A stretch of 63,867 bases of DNA, the filler included, from Octopus bimaculoides (lineage: Eukaryota): the NCBI RefSeq assembly GCF_001194135.2. It is 5 parts of 5 records of this genome, joined end to end, with 100 filler letters (N's around TTAATTAATTAA, not from the genome) between each part and the next. Parts side by side here need not be neighbours in the genome. Positions count along the whole stretch, not along the records: positions 1 to 22,924 come from NC_068987.1; positions 23,025 to 46,245 come from NC_068984.1; 3 more parts are not named here. One strand, written 5' to 3'. Position numbers and translations under genes: made by a program. The notes under the pieces were generated by a model. The model did not search any database. It had not been told where the DNA came from and saw nothing but the letters and a program-made list of their open reading frames with translations. Position 1 is the stretch's first letter, and each line of letters starts with the position of its first letter. Of this stretch, positions 12,107 through 25,372 are shown piece after piece.

Positions 12107-14050
12107 GAAGGAGTAAATATAAGAGGTGCAAGAGGAGTATTGATTGCAAACAGTGTAAAAAAGAACACCATATAAACATAAAGTGGGAGAATGACAATCA
12201 TAGATGGAGGTGGAAGAGGAGGAAAAGGAATGATAGATAGAGAAATTATGTAATATTTCTTCTGAAAATTAGTATTCATTTCATCATTTTGTATAAATAT
12301 CACAAGATTTAATATAAGCTAAATAAATATTATTGTAAGTATTCCTTATTTTCTGACAGTAGCTATGATGGCAAAAGTATGTTTCTAAATTTACCAGCAT
12401 AGGTGTTCAAACTCAGGTATATTTATAACGTCTGGTTTGTCTAATTTCTTATGTGATCTGTGATAATGTCTTGGAGAAAGCCAGTTGCTAACAGTATGAG
12501 ACTTTTGTTATAATTCTCATCTTTGAATAATACTCCTTTACAAATTGAATTTTTATTTTGTAGTTTAACAATAGATAAATGTGTTTGTGTATAATGTATG
12601 TGGGGATGTCTGTGTGTGCGTGGGGGTTTAGATCTATCTATATGTATATGTATCCTTGAAAACATCAGAAATGTAGAGATCCTACGTCGTGCTGGTCTGC
12701 CCCCTATGATCGAAATCCTCATTGATAAAAAAATTTACGTTATATGGGTCACGTATATAGGATAAACAAGAACACACGCTTCAGGCACACTGCCATTACT
12801 CCTAACGATGCAAGAAGAAAAGAAACCATGGAAGGCGTAGACTGAGATACAAAGACATTTCAAAAAGGAACATGAAGGGGAAAGGAATTAATCATCATAA
12901 ATGGCAATTCTAAACGAAAAACAGACCAATACGAAGAAAGCGTATCGACTCATGCCAAAGCCAACGACATAGCCGCAACAACTGATTGCAGATATCNNNN
13001 NNNNNNNNNNNNNNNNNNNNNNNNNNNNNNNNNNNNNNNNNNNNNNNNNNNNNNNNNNNNNNNNNNNNNNNNNNNNNNNNNNNNNNNNNNNNNNNNATCT
13101 ATCTATCTATCTATCTATCTATCTAATCAATTTATTTAGTTATCTATTTCTATTTCTCTAAATAGATGTCTATCCGTATTTATTCATATCTGTTTATCTA
13201 CTTATCTGCTTAACAATACTTTTATCATTCAATCTCTATGTTTATCTGACTGTTTATCAATCTGATAATACATTCATCTTGCACTCTATTAAATCGATCC
13301 ATTCAGTCAGCTATACCCCCAATCCATCCGAGAGCAACAATAACACCAACGACGATTCCTCAATTTGCAGTTAAATAGAGGAATTCATATTAAAATTTTA
13401 AAGTAATAATGAATACACCATGACTTAATCTTTATAGAAGCGTATAACAATTATGTTTTCCAATCTAATTATTCGATCTTGCAGTAACAAAATCAATGAA
13501 CACTCTATACGCTTAAGCACTCTTCTATTACTTCAACTTTTTCAGAAGTTGTTAATCATTAGATGGCTAGACAATGATAACCCCGATGTCGCTTAAGATA
13601 TTCGATGAGAACGAAATACTTAATGAATATATATGTTGCTGTTGTTGTTGTTATTATTATTATCATTATTACTGTTGTTCCCGGCATTATAGACTTCATC
13701 GTTGTTGTTCATGTCGTTATTGTATAGTTTGGTTAAAATCAGCTCTGAACAATTAGATATATGATGAAATACGTTAAAAACAATGCCTTCTTTGGTCTGT
13801 CTCGAATAAAATTGATCAATGAGTTCTACCGTTCTTTAAGGTGGCCGTAGTTAATTACAGAAAGATTTATCTATATTGTATATTTAAATTCTATAATTGT
13901 AAATAGTGAAAATAATTATTCTTGCTTCCAGGTTTTCAACCGATATGTCAATACATTCCTGACTGAGACATTTAAAAGATTGCGTTTAGCTTGATGTAAG
14001 CGACTTCTTTCATAACATAATCATTTTTTCTTTTTAAATTTCGTTCTTTA

Positions 14051-14410
14051 TATGTAACACACTGCCTAAATACCAGACTTCAGAAATTAGGCTTCTCAAA
14101 ACCAGAAAGGCGAAAGCTGATTCGAAAACTACAGATCCAAGCCATGACTGGAACAGTAAATATCTATAAAACTTTCCAGAAATTTATCAATTAAGTAGAT
14201 ATGGAGCATGCCTAGATATGTAGGTATATGCATGAGGCATACATGAAACAAAACATACAAATCTGCATACATACATGCGCACATACATACATACATACAT
14301 ACATACATACTCTGTTGTTGATGTTGCAATCTCAATGTAGGAGCATTTATCTAGGTTAGAAACCGGCTCTTTCACTATTGGCTAGAAATCTTGAAATAAA
14401 ATTGAATAAT
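14051..14410 (+). mobile_element. 5'-truncated RLE-type (R4/Dong-like) non-LTR retrotransposon: ORF C-terminus plus putative 3'UTR
   Basis: YVTHCLNTRLQKLGFSKPERRKLIRKLQIQAMTGTVNIYKTFQKFIN* (14051-14194), homologous to the C-termini at 29445-29945 and 38600-38740; followed by a (CATA)n-containing tail. Confidence 0.65.
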
Positions 14411-15409
14411 GACATATATACATGGTGTATGCATGTTATATACAGACAGACAGTCAATCAGACAAACAGACACTGCAAGTCGGGTTAAAGGAAAACAAAA
14501 TTAAGAATGACTNNNNNNNNNNNNNNNNNNNNNNNNNNNNNNNNNNNNNNNNNNNNNNNNNNNNNNNNNNNNNNNNNNNNNNNNNNNNNNNNNNNNNNNN
14601 NNNNNNNNNNNNNNNNNNNNNNNNNNNNNNNNNNNNNNNNNNNNNNNNNNNNNNNNNNNNNNNNNNNNNNNNNNNNNNNNNNNNNNNNNNNNNNNNNNNN
14701 NNNNNNNNNNNNNNNNNNNNNNNNNNNNNNNNNNNNNNNNNNNNNNNNNNNNNNNNNNNNNNNNNNNNNNNNNNNNNNNNNNNNNNNNNNNNNNNNNNNN
14801 NNNNNNNNNNNNNNNNNNNNNNNNNNNNNNNNNNNNNNNNNNNNNNNNNNNNNNNNNNNNNNNNNNNNNNNNNNNNNNNNNNNNNNNNNNNNNNNNNNNN
14901 NNNNNNNNNNNNNNNNNNNNNNNNNNNNNNNNNNNNNNNNNNNNNNNNNNNNNNNNNNNNNNNNNNNNNNNNNNNNNNNNNNNNNNNNNNNNNNNNNNNN
15001 NNNNNNNNNNNNNNNNNNNNNNNNNNNNNNNNNNNNNNNNNNNNNNNNNNNNNNNNNNNNNNNNNNNNNNNNNNNNNNNNNNNNNNNNNNNNNNNNNNNN
15101 NNNNNNNNNNNNNNNNNNNNNNNNNNNNNNNNNNNNNNNNNNNNNNNNNNNNNNNNNNNNNNNNNNNNNNNNTATATATATATATATGCATACACACGCA
15201 CACACACACACACACACACACTCACATATACCTTTTAATCTCATACCTTTGATGTAACATATGTAGAGATGATGAGGTTTTTTATGGCAATGACGATGCC
15301 GATGTTGATGGTGGGTCGTCATCGTCTTCGTCGTTTTCATGTTCATCGTCGTGGTGTTGGTGATGGTGGTAGTGGTGGTGCTGACGATAGCGTGTATGAT
15401 GATTGTCAT

Positions 15410-15426
15410 TATCATCATCTTAATCC

Positions 15427-15469
<43 letters not shown>

Positions 15470-15545
15470 AATCATCATCATCATAATCATCATCATAATC
15501 ATCATCATCATCACCATTATCATCATAGTCATCTTCTTCATAATT
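15410..15545. repeat. (CAT)n/(AAT) microsatellite
   Basis: Directly visible; explains the poly-His/Met/Ile ORFs. Confidence 0.95.
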
Positions 15546-15767
15546 ATAATAGCTTTCGGTTTCGGTCATGGCGTAGGAAAAGAATACAACACCAATGTTT
15601 AACGACAGACTTTAAATATGGCAGTGACTATGATTGGAAATGTAGAAATAAGGATCTTTCTTACGTAGTTTTGTAGAGGCTGCCGTTTATGTTACTCTTA
15701 ATAGAGTTTTCTTTTACAAACACCATATTTACTGCAGTCGTTTCCCAAGCAAAGCGTTTATACATGT

Positions 15768-15816
<49 letters not shown>

Positions 15817-16832
15817 CAATAGCAGCGGCGGCATCAACNNNNNNNNNNNNNNNNNNNNNNNNNNNNNNNNNNNNNNNNNNNNNNNNNNNNNNNNNNNNNN
15901 NNNNNNNNNNNNNNNNNNNNNNNNNNNNNNNNNNNNNNNNNNNNNNNNNNNNNNNNNNNNNNNNNNNNNNNNNNNNNNNNNNNNNNNNNNNNNNNNNNNN
16001 NNNNNNNNNNNNNNNNNNNNNNNNNNNNNNNNNNNNNNNNNNNNNNNNNNNNNNNNNNNNNNNNNNNNNNNNNNNNNNNNNNNNNNNNNNNNNNNNNNNN
16101 NNNNNNNNNNNNNNNNNNNNNNNNNNNNNNNNNNNNNNNNNNNNNNNNNNNNNNNNNNNNNNNNNNNNNNNNNNNNNNNNNNNNNNNNNNNNNNNNNNNN
16201 NNNNNNNNNNNNNNNNNNNNNNNNNNNNNNNNNNNNNNNNNNNNNNNNNNNNNNNNNNNNNNNNNNNNNNNNNNNNNNNNNNNNNNNNNNNNNNNNNNNN
16301 NNNNNNNNNNNNNNNNNNNNNNNNNNNNNNNNNNNNNNNNNNNNNNNNNNNNNNNNNNNNNNNNNNNNNNNNNNNNNNNNNNNNNNNNNNNNNNNNNNNN
16401 NNNNNNNNNNNNNNNNNNNNNNNNNNNNNNNNNNNNNNNNNNNNNNNNNNNNNNNNNNNNNNNNNNNNNNNNNNNNNNNNNNNNNNNNNNNNNNNNNNNN
16501 NNNNNNNNNNNNNNNNNNNNNNNNNNNNNNNNNNNNNNNNNNNNNNNNNNNNNNNNNNNNNNNNNNNNNNNNNNNNNNNNNNNNNNNNNNNNNNNNNNNN
16601 NNNNNNNNNNNNNNNNNNNNNNNNNNNNNNNNNNNNNNNNNNNNNNNNNNNNNNNNNNNNNNNNNNNNNNNNNNNNNNNNNNNNNNNNNNNNNNNNNNNN
16701 NNNNNNNNNNNNNNNNNNNNNNNNNNNNNNNNNNNNNNNNNNNNNNNNNNNNNNNNNNNNNNNNGGCGGTTTAAGTGGTGGCATAGCAATTGTAGTAGTA
16801 GTTGTAGTTAATAATGTTGATGATGACGATGC

Positions 16833-16883
<51 letters not shown>

Positions 16884-17350
16884 GTGTTTGCTATGGTTGT
16901 TGTTGTCAACAGTGCAATCAACTGTATGACGGCCAGGCGTCTCAGTATGTCGTCCCCATGTGATATTAACGTTACTCCATGGAGTCTAATTCCATTTATT
17001 TATACAACGTTTCATCTGCTCTCGAACAATTTGCAAAATATTTTTGTATATGTGTACTTGCTTGCATCTGTGCGTGTGCGCGTGTGCGCTTGTATGTATG
17101 TATGTATGCATGCATGTAGACACGCCTATGCGCGCACACACAGGCACCAACATATTTATACATTTATACACACACATACACACACACAAACATACATATA
17201 TATATATATATATACATATGTGTGCGTGTAATTGTGTACGTACGTCTGTATGTATATGCCTATATATATACGCAGCAAACAAAAATACCTATCTACTTAT
17301 GCACATACATGTTATCAACACGTACATGGAGATATACATTCATATATATG

Positions 17351-17422
<72 letters not shown>

Positions 17423-18099
17423 CATACATGCATATTTACACACATATATGTATATTTACACACACATATGTATACACGCACACATCCATGCTTACATACA
17501 CACGTACATGCTTACACAGAGACAGACAGATATATGTGATGGTTTTCCATGAAATTTCTGTTCGCAAATTTTCACTCTAGCCCTGGATCAACTTAAGGTA
17601 TAAAATACTTTCACAAAAGATATTTTCTTAGTAAATACGTAAATGCTGAATGAGAAATTGTTGAACACACCGCCTTGTCTCCCCGATTTATTTTTCCCTC
17701 GGTGACACAATTTCTTTGCCCCCAAAAGCTGGAGAGGCACGTTGTTTTACCTTAATAAACCCTCACATATGCACACAAAAAATTCTAGAATCTCTGCAAA
17801 CCAAATACTAGTTTTCTGTTCCACATGCAACCTACTACCTAGACAAACATATACATATTGTGTACATTCACTCATGCTCATAAGAAACAGTGTTACCCAC
17901 ATTTGAGAAAATTTACATAACAGTACGTTTTTTCTTATCATTCAATTTCCACTTCATGTAGATGTAAAGAAAACTAACAGCATTGCTCGGCTGGAGAGTA
18001 ACACCCGAAAACCTATCTCTCTCTAATGCACTTATGACATTAATTTTTCCCCATATATACCAGCTAGTAGCCCGGTGTATTCAACAAATGAAAACTATT

Positions 18100-19170
18100 C
18101 GACATAACTGCTGCATTGTTCGGGCTCTAAGATAGCTCTGGCTAACTGCAGAGCGGTGTCTGCCGAAGTTACTCCGAACTAATCGCTTCTCATCAGGGGC
18201 TCGCAACAGCAAGGTTACCGTGCTTGTTGCTTCTGTGTGTTTTTGACACTTAAAGCATTTCTGCAGAAGCTAGGCGTCTCACCGAAGCCTGAAACATGAG
18301 AAAGTGATACCAGCCTACGCAGCCAAATTCATTTTTAAGTCCACCGTAGAGAACTTTACACAATCTTTACAGAAAGAGGAGCATGTATTATCCATCTATG
18401 AACCCATTTTCGTCACCCTTTATTCCTGAGAAAGTCGAACGGGTAGAGTTCTCAGACACCCTCTTCATAGGGTACTATTATCATAATACTTACCTGTTCG
18501 ATTCCAAAGCGTGACCAACTGTAGCAATAGACATTATCCAACCATCTCGTTCGGCCTTCTACTCCCATGTTTACTGCAGGTTTTCTCAGCTTGAACAATA
18601 TATCTTGCGATCCTGAGACATGTTTAGAGTACCGGGGGTCCGACCTTTCAATGCAGAGAAGTAGCCTATCGACCTAGTGTTCCAAGGTAAATATGACAAT
18701 AAGTGTTATGAAGAGAAACACGTTGATCTTCCCAAGAACATCTTTCCTCTGCGTATGTTTCTTTGTGGAACCTCACCGAGGCATGTGGTGAAGTTTAAGT
18801 ATCTCATGGTCATATTGACGAATGATGAGAGGTGAGAAGCTGAATTTGATGATAAAACTGCAGATGCAACTATTTCAGCATTCACTTCTCAGAAGATGGG
18901 AGGTTGCTAAAAATTTCAAACTAGAAATCTTGTATTCAGTGTTTGTCCCTATCTTTACCTATGGTTATGTTTGTTGGGTATCGTACAGGAGACTTCAGTT
19001 GCAAATAAAAGCGAACCAATACAAAGTAAAGAACTTATACCTCAGCCACATGTAGAGGTAAGTGCACACCAGTGATCGTCGTGACGTCATGGTCTGTGAA
19101 GGTGCTAAATCTGTTTCGAGTCGAACGATCAGCCGGGTAGCAACAAGGATATTGAATAGGTACCCACTTT
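18100..19170 (+). mobile_element. Highly decayed RTE-clade LINE RT region
   Basis: VVKFKYL (18785-18805), KLEILYSVFVPIFTYGYVCW (ORF 18822-19055, matching the RTE KL.IF.SVFVP.LTYG.E.W pattern), LFRVERS (~19110). The left boundary is uncertain. Confidence 0.55.
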
Positions 19171-20376
19171 CATCAAGAGAGGTGCATTGGTGCAACTAAT
19201 GTATATATTGTCTTCGTAATGTATAATATACTTATCATCGATTTGGTGGAGGGTGGAGGTCTAGTTTTAATTTAACCAAAGCGGACACTTGTTCTTTCAC
19301 GGCTTGTCAGAAGCAAGTCTTCATCTATTTAGAAGTTCATCTTCATAATTATCAAGCATTCATAGTTCGCTATTTCTAAGTTACGTATCGCTTCTATTTT
19401 TATGTCTAATATTCATTTGATTTCCGAACTATTATTCTTTACTAAGATATCGGGATCTAAAGTTACATTTTATTCATTGTTATTTTCTCGCAAGACATTA
19501 TAAGTATATACATTACTGGTTTTGTTCAGTAGATAAAGCATGGCAAATACGCATGTAGTATTCAAACGAATAAGACACGTTTCTATATCCTTTTTCTCAC
19601 TTTATTTCCAGTCTTTATATTATATTTTCATTTAAAATTAGGCTATATATTCATAGCAGAATCAATTAATAAACGGTCCAGATTTTTGGTATTATCCATG
19701 CATCAAAGTATGCATTCTAGAGCTTAGTAACACATTGATGACTTCCATTACTTTGCTGTTTTTTTCATGTACGTTTACATCATTTATTGCGTCATTTGTA
19801 CTTTCACTCCGTAATTTTGAGTGGAGAACATTAGTTAAATATATTAGCCCCAATACTTGACTGATACTGTTTCATATATATATATNNNNNNNNNNNNNNN
19901 NNNNNNNNNNNNNNNNNNNNNNNNNNNNNNNNNNNNNNNNNNNNNNNNNNNNNNNNNNNNNNNNNNNNNNNNNNNNNNNNNNNNNNNNNNNNNNNNNNNN
20001 NNNNNNNNNNNNNNNNNNNNNNNNNNNNNNNNNNNNNNNNNNNNNNNNNNNNNNNNNNNNNNNNNNNNNNNNNNNNNNNNNNNNNNNNNNNNNNNNNNNN
20101 NNNNNNNNNNNNNNNNNNNNNNNNNNNNNNNNNNNNNNNNNNNNNNNNNNNNNNNNNNNNNNNNNNNNNNNNNNNNGTTAATAATAATGAAAGGAAGAAA
20201 ATGGAGAATTATGGATGTTCAAATAATTTATTTGTATGATATAATGAGGTTGAAAGATTTTATAAAAAACAATACCAATAAATGATAAATTATAAACTGT
20301 AAAAGAAATGTAGAAACCAAAAAGCTACATATATGTTTCGATACAAGCCCCTAGCTGACAACCTCGAGTTGATCAA

Positions 20377-20407
<31 letters not shown>

Positions 20408-20570
20408 CACACACACGTGTGAGTGTGTGTATGTGTGTGTGTGTGTCCCAATGTCCCAAAATTAAGCTAATCAACTTCTTTCAATTTTTCCAAAGTAAAA
20501 TATTGTTATATTTCGAGGCCGAGCGTTGCAATGCAATGGTAAAGGCAGCACAGTTATGATACCACCATAT

Positions 20571-21581
20571 TTATTGAATATGACCATCTTTGTTTCGAAT
20601 CACACCTTTATGTCTAGGTGCAAATGCTTCATACGCGGAATGCAGTTGTTCTTGTGGAATTGAAGCCCATTCCTGGCGCAGTTTTGTCTTCAGAGCGTCA
20701 ACCAAAACATGGGGAGTGCTCGAGACCCATGTCTCCAAAATGGACCAAACAGAAAAATTCAACGGACTGAGATCAGGGCTTCTTGAAGGTTATACATCCT
20801 TGCCTATGGACGACGGAATGCTTTTCTGAATCCAGTGTTGTGCGTGTTTGGAGCTGTGGGATAGTGCCGAGACTTGTTGGAGGCTCCAAGGTGCGCCTTG
20901 AAAGTGCTCATTCGCCCATGGAAGCGGTTCAGCTACCAGAATTTCGCTAATGTATCACTGGGTGTTAATTTCAACACCCGAGAGCACAAAAATGAGGGGA
21001 GTACCTCCCACTGGTGATCACAGTTGTCCAAACCATAACTGATTGTGGTTTTTGAGGGTGATCTATGTGTCTACCATCGACGGAGCCAGATACACTCCAA
21101 AGTCGGTCATTCTAGTGGTTTACAGTCTGTTCGATGACAAATTTCTTTTCATCAGAGAACACAAGATTGGGTAGCGCGCCTTCAACAATCTGACGCAGAA
21201 TAAGACTTCTCTCTAGTCTCATAAACTTATAAACTTGCGGGAGCTCATAACGGCGAATCATATTTTAGGTGTAGGGCCTAAAACCCCCCTCAGCACTCGA
21301 TACATCGATGTTTCGCTTATTTTTGCCATGGCACCCAGTTTTCTGACGGAACGACGAGGATTTCGCCGTATCTTTTCTCTGATACTTTTGATAAGCTGAG
21401 GGGTCCGCCACTTCTTTTTCGGCCACATCTAGGACGATCGATCAGTGGTGGAACCAGTCTCTTGAAATTTCTTGACAAATTTCCAAACTGTTTTTCGGTT
21501 AATTTTAAGCTCTTTTGCTATAGCTGTATTACTTTGACCTCGTTTGTAGAGGTTTATGATTGCATTTCGGTCTATAGCCAT
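20571..21581 (-). mobile_element. Tc1/mariner-superfamily transposase pseudogene, DD37D (maT-like), near full length
   Basis: ATG at 21581: MAIDRNAIINLYKRGQSNTAIAKELKINRKTVWKFVKKFQETG (HTH); LVFSDEKKF; SVMVW; QQ[V]SALSH...37 aa...SPDLSPL[N]FSVWSILE...KGVIRNKDGHIQ* (stop 20571-20573). Several stops and frameshifts. Confidence 0.9.
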
Positions 21582-21774
21582 TATCTAATCTATAAATCTG
21601 ATCTTTTATAATGATGTATTTTTTTCATATCTTATCACATTTATTGATAATAATTAAAACTCGAAATTTTCATTGCTTTAATTCATGGGTACACTGTGTN
21701 NNNNNNNNNNNNNNNNNNNNNNNNNNNNNNNNNNNNNNNNNNNNNNNNNNNNNNNNNNNNNNNNNNNNNNNNNN

Positions 21775-21840
<66 letters not shown>

Positions 21841-22049
21841 TGTGTGTGTATGTGTGTTCGTGCGTGTGTGCGCGCGCGCGACTTACTCTTCCGTCGAAGA
21901 CGACATCTGAGTGTTCAGTTTTTGCCGAACGACCTTCACTAATAATTTGTTTACAGTGACCAACGGTATGTGCTGTACATTCGCTTACTCCGTCCATTAA
22001 ATCCACGTTGGCTGAACAGGTGCACATTGTCGAAGTGATCAGGTGTCGA

Positions 22050-22178
22050 AGTGATAGCAGAGCGACGTGAGATGAAGTGTTTTGCGTAAGAACACAACGA
22101 ACCGCTCGGTCTAGGAATCGAAACCACAACCTCGCGATTGTAAGTGAAACACCCTAACTACTAGACCATGCGTCTCAT
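22050..22178 (-). mobile_element. tRNA-derived SINE head (related to family B)
   Basis: The reverse complement has GCATGGTCTAGTAGTTAGGG...GGTTTCGATTCCTAG...GTTGTGTTCTTACGCAAAACACTT. Confidence 0.65.
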
Positions 22179-22968
22179 ACATACATATACATGTGGGGTG
22201 GGGGCGTGTGTGAGTGTGTGTGTATTTATATATACACGCATGAATATACATCCGTGTGTTATCTTTTTCTTGGATTTGTTACATGATATTCTCCGTGCCT
22301 GCGGGTATGAAGGGCTCTACGCTCTGATTAAAACTATTAAGAATAGTTTGTAAGTCATAATTATTTATTTTGTCATCTGTTTCCAACAAACGTCACTTCA
22401 TAAATATTCAAATAAAAACACACCTCATGCTCATCAGGCTGTGTGTTGTGCCACCAATTTTTATTGACGGTGTGAAATCTATCATTTAACTTTATATATT
22501 CTACTCTTTACCGCCAGCATTTAAGTTCTTTAGGCAAGATATTTCCATTGACTATCAAAAACTGGTTAAGTACTCATGTCTGTTATTACATTTTAACATG
22601 GATCTGCAATCTATGAATTACGATTCCATTTTAATGCCAGTAGTTGCTACGTTTCCGTTGCCATTGCTATTAATGTGCCTTTCAGGAATATAATCTTCGG
22701 ACTAAAGGATTATGTTTCATGAGATACGTTGCTCATATCATTTTGTAATTTTTTTCTTCTCTTTAGCTTGGACGCGCGCGCGTCTGTGTGTGTGTACGTG
22801 TGAGTTAATGTTACTTTATATTGGGAGAATTCTGTATGAAAATTCAGCGGAAATAAAAAAAAATCCAATGTGAAAGTATATTTAAATTGCATAGTCATGA
22901 TAACATTTATATATATGTATATATNNNNNNNNNNNNNNNNNNNNNNNNNNNNNNNNNNNNNNNNNNNN

Positions 22969-22980
22969 TTAATTAATTAA
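22969..22980. other. Assembly linker TTAATTAATTAA within a 100-nt gap placeholder (also 46290-46301, 48370-48381, 53329-53340)
   Basis: Identical 12-mer flanked by 44 N on each side at four sites; gives stops in all six frames; not biological. Confidence 0.95.
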
Positions 22981-23024
22981 NNNNNNNNNNNNNNNNNNNN
23001 NNNNNNNNNNNNNNNNNNNNNNNN

Positions 23025-23073
<49 letters not shown>

Positions 23074-23075
<2 letters not shown>

Positions 23076-23222
23076 CGACGGGCTCCTTTCAAATCCACTC
23101 ACAAGTCTTTGGTCGGCCCAAGGCTATAGTAGAAGACACTTGCCAAGTTGCCACGCAGTGGGACTGAACCAGGAACCTTGTTGGTAAGCAATCTACTTAC
23201 CACACAGCCACTCCTGCACCTA
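23074..23222 (-). mobile_element. SINE family A, 5' half
   Basis: The reverse complement reads AGGTGCAGGAGTGGCTGTGTGGTAAGTAG...GGTTCAGTCCCACTGCGTGGC. Confidence 0.85.
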
Positions 23223-24873
23223 TGTTTAAGATATAGTCTCTAAAAGCTCTTTAAGATATAGTCTCTTTCATACAAAAACACCCAATTCATGCGCATTTTG
23301 CTAGTACATTCTGAAAGTGGAATAGTAAAGATATATAAGGTTTTTCTCAAGTTTAACCGGAAACATTTATCATTTTGTAATCTAAATTCCCGCAATGAGG
23401 TTATATTTGTTTCTTAGAAACCAGTTCCTTCGTTGTAGGAAGAGAAGAATTAAAATCATTAAACAAGACAGAAAGGAAAACACATACATACATACATAAA
23501 CACATACATGAATATATACATTCATAAATATATGCACTCGTACATAAATGCAAACTTACATACATTCATACATGCGTATATACATACAGTCACAAACGAA
23601 CTATTAAATGCATAAAAACATACAGAACATTATTTGTATTTTCCCTTTGAGACCCATCAAACTTATTATATCAAATTAAGCGTTGTTCATCAATCTCCAT
23701 CTCTGCTTATTATCATCTCTTTTACAGCTACCGTCCATAATAGATTGCCCGCAGTTTTATCGAATTTTTTTCTAATCTTTTTTTGACGTCAGTATCGAGT
23801 TGAGAATAATATATTAACAAATGTGTTGCTTCTGTAATTTCTTTATTCCAACATTTAAATCTTATACATGGCCTTTATCTTTGATAATATTTTAATCTCC
23901 TCTCCAAGGATTTAGCAGTTTTATGACATATTACTTTCTTTCGGACAAGACAAAAAAATACCGATTTTTTTTTTTATAGATGCACGTAGTCTATTACAAA
24001 GACTAAAGCACATTGCTGGTACTTAACTTATTATATCTAAGTGATGAAATCCGCCATATTAAGATCTAAAGTAAAATCTGAGATTTACGAAACTAAATGT
24101 GCTAAGCTAGTGTTTAGTTTCGTATTGCTATAAGGCGCTTACTACTTTTCTCTGGTGAAGTATTGAAATGAATAACTGGGTTGGCAAAGCTTCCAAGAAA
24201 TTCTGATACAAAGATTAAATGAAATAAAGTTATTTCTAATTCTCAAGGAAATATAAGCAAGAAACCATCCATCATGCTGAATTCATTTAAGCAAGCTTGC
24301 AATACAGAAGTAGAGAAATAGGATTAAATGAAATAATTGTTTGAAAACCATTTGAGCAATGCGTGTGAGAAATATAGCAATACAAGTAAGGTGGTGTTAA
24401 TAAATCAAAACAAAGATAACGTTATAGTATTAAACAGGCTGTTTAATATTCCTGTAACAAGAATAATATTTCGGGAGACAGTCATCCTTCAAATGGAAAG
24501 AAAAAAATAACTATGGCTTGTCGATAGCAGCACATTTCTCAGAATATTGTTTTGTTTTTTGTTTCTTTTTGCATTTGAAAAACGAATTTTTCCCGACATA
24601 TAGGAATATTAAACAAACTACGTAAGGTATCTATATTCGTTTGCATTCATTGTTATCACCTTACATGTTTTGATCAATTCCTTGTCGCGTTGCTCGAAGA
24701 TTTCTCAAGCATCTCACTTTTACACACTCACACTGCAACGCTTCAAGCAAATTGCAGTACTCTACTTATAAGATGAAATGTCACAGCACAAACTCCTTTA
24801 GCAATATAAATTTTGCTTGAGCGAAAATGAATCGTATTTTTTACTCAACATTAAACGATAGACAAACAATAAT

Positions 24874-24928
<55 letters not shown>

Positions 24929-25168
24929 NNNNNNNNNNNNNNNNNNNNNNNNNNNNNNNNNNNNNNNNNNNNNNNNNNNNNNNNNNNNNNNNNNNNNNNN
25001 NNNNNNNNNNNNNNNNNNNNNNNNNNNNNNNNNNNNNNNNNNNNNNNNNNNNNNNNNNNNNNNNNNNNNNNNNNNNNNNNNNNNNNNNNNNNNNNNNNNN
25101 NNNNNNNNNNNNNNNNNNNNNNNNNNNNNNNNNNNNNNNNNNNNNNNNNNNNNNNNNNNNNNNNNNNN

Positions 25169-25205
<37 letters not shown>

Positions 25206-25208
<3 letters not shown>

Positions 25209-25372
25209 GATGGGCTTCTTTCAGTTTCCGTCTACCAAATCCACTTACAAGGCTTTGGTCGGCCAATGGCTATAGTAGAAGACACTTGCCCAAGGTGCCA
25301 CGCAGTAGGACTAAACCTGGAACCATGTGGTTGGTAAGCAAGCTACTTACCACACAGCCACTCCTGCTCCTA
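25206..25372 (-). mobile_element. SINE family A, 5' half
   Basis: Same sequence family as 23074-23222 and 48426-48808. Confidence 0.9.

Noticed and set aside
12700-12996. Possible LINE APE-endonuclease remnant (ELIIINGNSKRK)
   Set aside because: Only one weak motif resemblance; not enough to call.
14422-16789. Long ORFs of 240-395 aa in the track (also 30236-31423, 34127-35083, 49142-50342, 50952-51828, 62254-63145)
   Set aside because: They are open only because they run through N gaps. Only the 49116-49372 part is real coding-derived (RTE) sequence.
22969-22980. Recurrent palindromic TTAATTAATTAA (four sites)
   Set aside because: Always centred in 44N+12+44N placeholders, so it is a scaffolding linker.
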